Source of the DNA: Eledone cirrhosa
Taxonomy: Eukaryota
Direction of reading: 5' to 3'
Length of the DNA: 64,000 nucleotides
Assembly (NCBI GenBank): GCA_964016885.1
Contig: OZ024747.1
Location: 90,954,001-91,018,000 of the forward strand
In this document: positions 56,748 through 64,000 of the stretch, piece after piece
Layout of the letters: each line of letters begins with the position of its first letter
Position numbering within the stretch: position 1 is the stretch's first letter
Made by a program: the position numbers and the translations under genes
The notes under the pieces: generated by a model
The model's input: only the letters and a program-made list of their open reading frames with translations
Database searches by the model: none
What the model was told of the DNA's origin: nothing

Positions 56748-56915
56748 CGGTGGTCGAACTGACAGCAGAGTCATTAGAACGTCGGATAGAAAGTTTGCGG
56801 TATTCGTTTCGGCACTTTGCGCTCTGTGTATGAAACCCAGTAAGATCCTGCTTACCGTCCATCCTTTTGAGGTCGATAAATAAAGTACCACACTAAAACT
56901 TGAACCGATTCGGTG
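56748..56915 (+). mobile_element. Highly diverged SINE
   Basis: CCATCCTTTTGAGGTCGATAAATAAAGTACCA core. Confidence 0.65.
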
Positions 56916-56960
56916 GTCATCTCACTTTCTCTCTTTTTCTGGAAAAAATCTGCCATGTTC

Positions 56961-57074
<114 letters not shown>

Positions 57075-57348
57075 CGGAGAGATTGTTTTGGTAAAAATAG
57101 GAGCAAGCAGGAGAAAATTCTCAACATTCGTAGTTTGTATTTACGATGGAGATTCAGTATAATAATAACATTAAGAAAGTTGCTGATATTACATTGATCG
57201 CTTATTCATTATAATTATTTCAACGGTTCTCCCATGTAATCAAAATATAATTCATGCATTTGTTGTTATGAGAACGGTACCTTGGAAAGGTCTAGGAAAA
57301 AAGAGTGCAGGGCTTATTAGTTATGTAATAAACAACATAAGATAATTA

Positions 57349-57408
57349 TTTCATTTACCAGTGGTTTCTTGAAAGCAACCAAAATTGCTTTCATTCATCA
57401 GAATGAAA
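57349..57408 (-). ncRNA. Type I hammerhead ribozyme
   Basis: Reverse complement: TTTCATT-CTGATGA-A-TGAAAGCAA ttttgg TTGCTTTCA-A-GAAA-CCACTGG-TA-AATGAAA (7-bp stem I, 9-bp stem II, GUA site). Confidence 0.82.
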
Positions 57409-57726
57409 ATATCCTGGTGTCGTTATTGACAGTGGATTTGAAAAACAAAAATATAACAGATATGAAAGCGAGGCTGGAGGAAAAGGAAAGGGGAGGGGGG
57501 GGGGGGAAAGAATAATAAATAAGAATATATAACAACACACACGTACACACACACACACGCACACACACTCACATATACACCCAAATATACACAGAGGCAC
57601 ATATACACACACATACACACATATATATATATATATATATCCATACATAAATACACCAACACACACACACAAATATATATAATACAATATATTAACAAAT
57701 GGAAACTATATTTATAAAACCATATT

Positions 57727-57791
57727 TATTTCATTATACATATTTCAAGGACACCAAAGCAAATTATGGTGCGCTTTCATCAGATAAAATA
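57727..57791 (-). ncRNA. Type I hammerhead ribozyme (TATTTTAT family)
   Basis: Reverse complement: TATTTTAT-CTGATGA-AAGCGCACCA..TGGTGTCCTT-GAAA-TATGTA-TA-ATGAAATA. Confidence 0.8.
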
Positions 57792-57892
57792 TAATATAGA
57801 TCAGTTTTATAAACAAATATTGACATACCCTTAAAGAATGCGACCATGTCGGTTGGAAGCTCCTGTATCCCAACAAATTAAATATAACTTCT

Positions 57893-57937
<45 letters not shown>

Positions 57938-58347
57938 CACAGTTCAAGTTATTATTATTATTATTCTCTACATTCCTTATATCAAACTAAAACTATGTTG
58001 ACAATCTTTTAATAATGTCTTCCTTGTGAAATTTGTGGTCTTGTTTTGCTTAACTAATGAATATATATACATATATATATATATACACATATATATACAC
58101 ATACACATACACACATACATACACACATACATACATACACACATATATATATATACACACACATGCATACGTACTCACATATAAAAGGAACCACATATAC
58201 ACAAAAATAAGAATAAATAATCATAATAGGCCGTGACATAAAAAATAAGGATTAAGAAAATAAAAAAATAAAAAAATAAAAAATGTTATTAAGTTGACAG
58301 TGATACAAGACAAAATTTAAAATAAAAATAATAATAATAATAATAAT

Positions 58348-58458
58348 AATTGTTTCTACTTTTGGCACAAGGCCAGCAATTACCCAGTGTATTACTGGTA
58401 CTTTATTTATCGACCCCGTAAGGATGAAAGGCAAAGTTAACCTCGGCGGGATTTGAAA
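58348..58458 (-). mobile_element. SINE 3' half
   Basis: Reverse complement of consensus, in (AAT)n. Confidence 0.9.
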
Positions 58459-58539
58459 TAATAATAATAATAAATGACCAAACGCACGTGGTAAGCAAAT
58501 GCACAAAAAAAACCTAAATATATATATATAACAAAAAAA

Positions 58540-58606
<67 letters not shown>

Positions 58607-58893
58607 CACACATGTGTACATACACACACAGACACACATATACACATACACACACATATATATATATATACACACAGATACGCATACATAAAATATACAA
58701 GCACACCCCATACATATAAACACAGCACAGACACAAAAGAGTAATATACATACAAATACATATACACGCACACATAAATGTATACAACCACATACACACA
58801 TATAGTAAAAATTTCTTAAAGATAAAAACATAAATATAAACTATAAAGTTTCATACTCACATACACATATCGTTCACTCCTGGCTGGCTGGTT

Positions 58894-59277
58894 GTTAACA
58901 ACCAGCCAGCCAGGAGTGAACGATATGTTGGTATGACTCAAGACAGGTTCAAAACCAGGTTTTATGCGCATGTCGCTTCTTTTAAACACTCCGATAAAAG
59001 AACAGCAACGGCCTTCGCTAATAAGGTGTGGGAATTCAAAGATAATAACATCCCGTACTCTATCGATTCGTCTATTTTAGACCATTCGAGGGAATACCAA
59101 AGGGGCACAAAGAATTGTTCTTTGTGTACCACTGAAAAATTTAGAATTCTACAGAATTTGAAAGCCACTTCACCTTGCCTTAACTCCAAGACCGAGATCT
59201 TCAGATTTTGTCCTCACCTGAAATCACATCTGCTCTGTAACTGGATTGACATTCCTACGATGACTCAACCACCTTGA
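58894..59277 (+). mobile_element. 5'-truncated Penelope-like element, GIY-YIG endonuclease C-terminal part
   Basis: Open frame VNNQPARSER-YVGMTQDRFKTRFYAH..VWEFKD..CSLCTTEKFRI..LNSKTE...CPH; YVG/R/E/N pattern of the PLE GIY-YIG; pyrimidine-rich UTR follows to about 59950. Confidence 0.9.
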
Positions 59278-59971
59278 ACTTCTTCTTTGCTACGATGACT
59301 TAACCACCTTGAACGTCTTCTTTGCTCTTTACGCCTTACATCTACTACGATCTTTATTACTCTCTGAACTCACTTTCTGTTCCCTTATTTTCTCTTTGTC
59401 CCTTATCTCCTCTTTTTTTTAACTTTTTATTTTCCTTATTCCCACCTACTCTCTACTTTACCCTTTACATACCCATCCCCTTTTGATTTTTAGATATTAA
59501 TTTTACGTGTATGTATGTTGTCGTGTATATGTGTATATAAGTGTATGCATATATATATATATATGTGTATATGTATGCAAACTTTTTTATATATATGTGT
59601 ATGTGTATGTATGTGTATATATATATGTGTGCGTGTGTGTATTTATTTATGTGGCGTTGTAACCCTTTGTACGTATGTGTGTGTGTATATTAGTGTGTAT
59701 GTATGTGTATATATATATATATATGTATATATATTGTATGTAGTTGGTTGAGAGTGTGTGTGTGTGCGTGTATTTATGGTTTTGTATGTATATGCATAAT
59801 TACATTCAGAGTTTTTTAATGCTTACTTTTATTGATTATTTGCTCCAGGAACTGTTGAGTGCTCTTAATCAGCAATACACATTTATACCTTTATATTTTT
59901 TATTTGTCGTATGCCCTACTATTTGAATACCCCTTCCTTCCCTTTATTTTTATTTTGTGTGTGTATGTATG

Positions 59972-60005
<34 letters not shown>

Positions 60006-60179
60006 AGTATGTATACGTACATACATATATGTATACAGTCGTACAGTAGTATGTATATATATATATATACATGCACACATTTATTATAATGCTCGGTGTG
60101 TTTGTAAACAAACATCCCGAATTAAGCTGTACAGTGTCTAGCAACCATCGTTGCTCATTTGTTCAACACTGACAAAGGA

Positions 60180-60222
60180 ACGTTGTACTAGTTTCAAGCT
60201 TATTAGCTATCGTCAGCAACGT
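60180..60222 (-). ncRNA. Minimal type I hammerhead ribozyme
   Basis: Reverse complement: ACGTTG-CTGACGA-T-AGCT aata AGCT-T-GAAA-CTAG-TA-CAACGT (6-bp stem I; palindromic stem III ACTAGT). Confidence 0.82.
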
Positions 60223-61021
60223 ATACCCTCCTGCCAGATGATTGAACGTCTGAAAATATATACTTTCCTTATGCATATTAACGGCTGAGCAGCCTAATTT
60301 GCATATCGAGTGAGTTAATCGGCCGGGCGCACCGAAAACGATAAACGGAAAAAATGAAACGAAATTTTTATTTCTCACTCTTAGTACGGCTGTTACTTAA
60401 ATATAAGTATGTATACGTACATACATATATGTATACAGACGTACAGTAGTATGTATATATATATACATACATGCACACATATATATATGTAGGTATGGAT
60501 TCACCGAACATTTATTATAATGCTCGGTGTGTTTGTAAACATGAGCAACGATGGTTGCTAGACACTGTACGGCTTAATTCGGGATGTTTGTTTACAAACA
60601 CACCGAGCATTATAATAAAATGTTCGGTGAATCCATACGTACATATATATATGTGTGCATGTATGTATATATATCGTTCACTCCTGGCTGGCTGGTTGTT
60701 AACAACCAGCCAGCCAGGAGTGAACGATATGTGTATGTGTGTATGAAACTTTATAGTTTATATTTATGTTATTATCTTTAAGAAATTTTTACTATATGTG
60801 TGTATGTGGTTGTATACATTTATGTGTGCGTGTATATGTATTTTTATGTATATTACTCTTTTGTGTCTGTGCTGTGTTTATATGTATGGCGTGTGCTTGT
60901 ATATTTTATGTATGCGTATGTGTGTGTGTATATATATATGTGTGTGTATAAGTGTATGTGTGTGTATGTACACAAGTGTGTATATATATATATATGTATA
61001 TATATGTGTATGTGTATATAT

Positions 61022-61700
61022 ATGAATTATAAGAATCAAAGAACTGTTCAAAACATTTTTATACTTACAACTGTTTCCTCCAAATCGAGGTTTGGATTCT
61101 TCGGAGCAATTTATTATTGAATGAACACTTATATGACCTCCTTTTCACCCAAGAGACATACAGATACATATCCAAATATTGTGGGTCAACATTCATTACA
61201 GCATTTAGTGTGGCAGTACACATTTAGAGATTACATTCATATTAAAAGAGACAATCAAAAATACAGGTTATAATACAACATGAAATTAAGCGGTTATAGA
61301 GTGTAATGGTCATATGTGTGGCAAGCACGTGCGTCTTGTTTATATAGTGTGGCAGAGAGTTACGTGTAATAGAAGCACTTAAGCAGGTAATCAAGAGTGT
61401 TAAGGGGGTTGATCTGGTAATGAATTCTTTATATGATTGTTATAGCCTGTGTGTGGAGAAATAATATAAGTATTAAAAATAATGTAAGCATTAAAAATAT
61501 TGGAAATGCGTAGCGAAGCGATGATATGGATTTCATGCACTGCGACATTTTCATAGTCTGGGGAGCGTATTTTTCAGATTATATGCCCCTCACAAAATCC
61601 ACGACGATTCAATATTGGGCGTTTGACAATCCAGTTAGAGAATCGTAGTCTGATGTTCTTTAGCTCAATACAGGAGGATGTTACGTTGCGAGAATCGACA
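61022..61700 (-). mobile_element. PLE 3' fragment with degenerate hammerhead at 61062-61108
   Basis: Remnant NRRGFCEGHII*KYAPQTM (GIY-YIG-like C-terminus); TGCT-CCGAAGA-ATCCAAA cctcga TTTGGAG-GAAA-CAGTTG-TA-AGTA; TA-rich flanks. Confidence 0.6.
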
Positions 61701-61799
61701 TCGATATATATATTTATATATTTATATATATATTTAGGTTTTTTTTTGTGCATTTGCTTACCACGTGCGTTTGGTCATTTATTATTATTATTATTATTA

Positions 61800-62110
61800 T
61801 GACTATGCGCCTATAGGCTAGCTAACTTGAGGAGAGGGGTGCTCTCCCTGGGTGCCCTAGAAGCGCAGGGTGGTTCAGGATTGGTGGGGTACTCGAGTCA
61901 CCCCAGAGTCGTCCACCCCCTATCGGGGAATTTATTTTGTTATATTTATGCATAGTTTATTTTATATTTATATATTTTCATTGTTAAATTAGTCTTGCCA
62001 TTGTGCACTTTTACTCGACCTTATTGTAAACCCCCACTGTCCCTGTCTTTGTATTGTCCCCTACATGTGGGCCCCTGTGGCTAATAAATGAAATCATTAT
62101 TATTATTATT
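61800..62110 (+). mobile_element. Tx1-like LINE 3' UTR in (ATT)n
   Basis: Ends GCCCCTGTGGCTAATAAATGAAATC(ATT)n, like 51570-51600. Confidence 0.5.
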
Positions 62111-62448
62111 ATGCACTGGGTAATTGCTGGCCTTGTGCCAAACGTAGAAACAATTATTATTATTATTATCATTCAAATAAAGAAATCATTAAAATAAATA
62201 AACAATAAAAAAAAAAAATAAATAAATAAAGAAATCATTATTATTATTATTATTATTTTAATTTTAAATTTTGTCTTGTATCGCTGTCAACTTAATAATA
62301 TTTTTAATTTTTTAATTTTTAAATTTTCTTAATCCTTATTTTTTATGTCATGGCCTATTATGATTATTCATTCTTATTTGTGTGTCCTTGAAATATGTAT
62401 AATGAAATAAATATGGTTTATAAATATAGTTTCCATTTGTTAATATCG

Positions 62449-62515
<67 letters not shown>

Positions 62516-62584
62516 TTTTTAAGCCTAGCTGAGGTCCATCCCTCTCCAGGCCTGAGTACAGCAGATTTCTTCCAGAGAGAGGAA

Positions 62585-62742
62585 GAATCGACCCCAGTAC
62601 TTGATTAGTCCTTTTTTTTTATCGACCTTGAATGGATAAAAGACAAGGTTGACCTCGGCGGGATTTGAACTCAGAAAGCAGAGAGCCGCAATGAATGCCA
62701 TAAAACATTCTATCCGACGTTCTAACGACTCTGCCAATTCGC
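62585..62742 (-). mobile_element. SINE (variant)
   Basis: Reverse complement of consensus. Confidence 0.85.
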
Positions 62743-62880
62743 TGCGTTTCTTACCTATACAGACTTACAAATGTTTGAAGTGAACATCAACCCCATCACT
62801 CTCAACGGTAAAGGTCACAAAAACAGTCTTTCTTCCTCTGGCTTACTCACAACAACAACAACAACACCACCACCACCACC

Positions 62881-62930
<50 letters not shown>

Positions 62931-63108
62931 CGAAAACAACAACAAACTATTTAAAAACAAACAGCTGTTACCAAAACTTATATTACAACTAAATGACTGT
63001 GAAATATGAAGAATTAACTAAAAGTATTTGGATGGCGTTTGTTACGGTAAAACAACAACAACAACAACAATAACAACAACAACAATAAAGCAATGATAAT
63101 AATAATAA

Positions 63109-63159
<51 letters not shown>

Positions 63160-63339
63160 CAACAACAACAACAACAATAATAACAATAAGAAAACAAATC
63201 CAGCCACGATCACCTTCGTACATGAATGTATTTAATAATTTTGCTGAAATAAACCTATAAATATAGTAGACATATCCATAGGCAAATAGTTTACAGAGCT
63301 GATGTAAAGCAAGGATGTGTGAAATAATTACTAAAACAT

Positions 63340-63530
63340 AACATATAATAAACATAAAATATAACAAACATATAATAAACATAAAATATAACAAACATAT
63401 AATAAACATAAAATATAACAAACATATAATAAACATAAAATATAACAAACATATAATAAACATAAAATATAACAAACATATAATAAACACATAACAAAAT
63501 ATAACAAACATAATAAATATATAACATAAT
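63340..63530. repeat. 27-bp minisatellite (AAATATAACAAACATATAATAAACATA)n
   Basis: About 6 units. Confidence 0.95.
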
Positions 63531-63746
63531 ATAAGAAACTTATAATAAATATATAAGAAACATATAATAAATAAAATATAAATGAAAACGAAAAGAAGGT
63601 AAAAAAAATATATAGAATTATCTAGAAAATTGAGAAAGGTAAAAATGTATTGATCAGATATCACTCCAATCACTTACATAGTGACCTTATTGCTGTAACA
63701 CGTGCCTATACACATATATACGTACATACACACACACACACACACT

Positions 63747-63834
<88 letters not shown>

Positions 63835-63874
63835 CATACATACGTACATATATATGCATACATACATATATACA

Positions 63875-63967
<93 letters not shown>

Positions 63968-64000
63968 ATATATACATTTATACATGCAAACATACACACG

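Noticed and set aside
59850-59890. CTGTTGA-GTGCT..AGCA at the expected end of the 58.9-kb PLE
   Set aside because: Core mutated and GAAA missing; not counted.
63296-63335. CTGATGT..GAAA-TAAT-TA motif
   Set aside because: A9 is mutated and stems I and II pair poorly.

Overview
Microsatellite-saturated, AT-rich metazoan DNA, most likely a cephalopod (Octopus-like) intergenic or intronic region; the organism is inferred from the repeat content. Almost all ORFs in the track are artefacts of simple repeats. Real content: (i) more than 20 copies of one tRNA-derived SINE family; (ii) decayed non-LTR retrotransposons: R4/Dong-type with REL endonuclease, RTE-type, Tx1/L1-like, and Penelope-like elements (PLE) with GIY-YIG remnants; (iii) two MITE types and a hAT remnant; (iv) several minisatellites; (v) a possible 3-exon 3' end of a host gene at 7863-10836. 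The standout signal is about 14 hammerhead-ribozyme (HHR) cores from several families, found by eye on both strands and clustered at 52-62 kb. Most sit next to (TA)n tracts, and many lie inside or beside long fold-back palindromes (arms about 30-410 bp). In two palindromes the fold-back axis is the loop of the ribozyme's own stem II. A PLE at 58.9 kb sits at the centre of an inverted duplication of its flank spanning about 4.8 kb. HHRs in PLE termini are known. The density, the hairpin architecture and the flank inversion deserve follow-up. All structures were read manually; no folding or database search was run.
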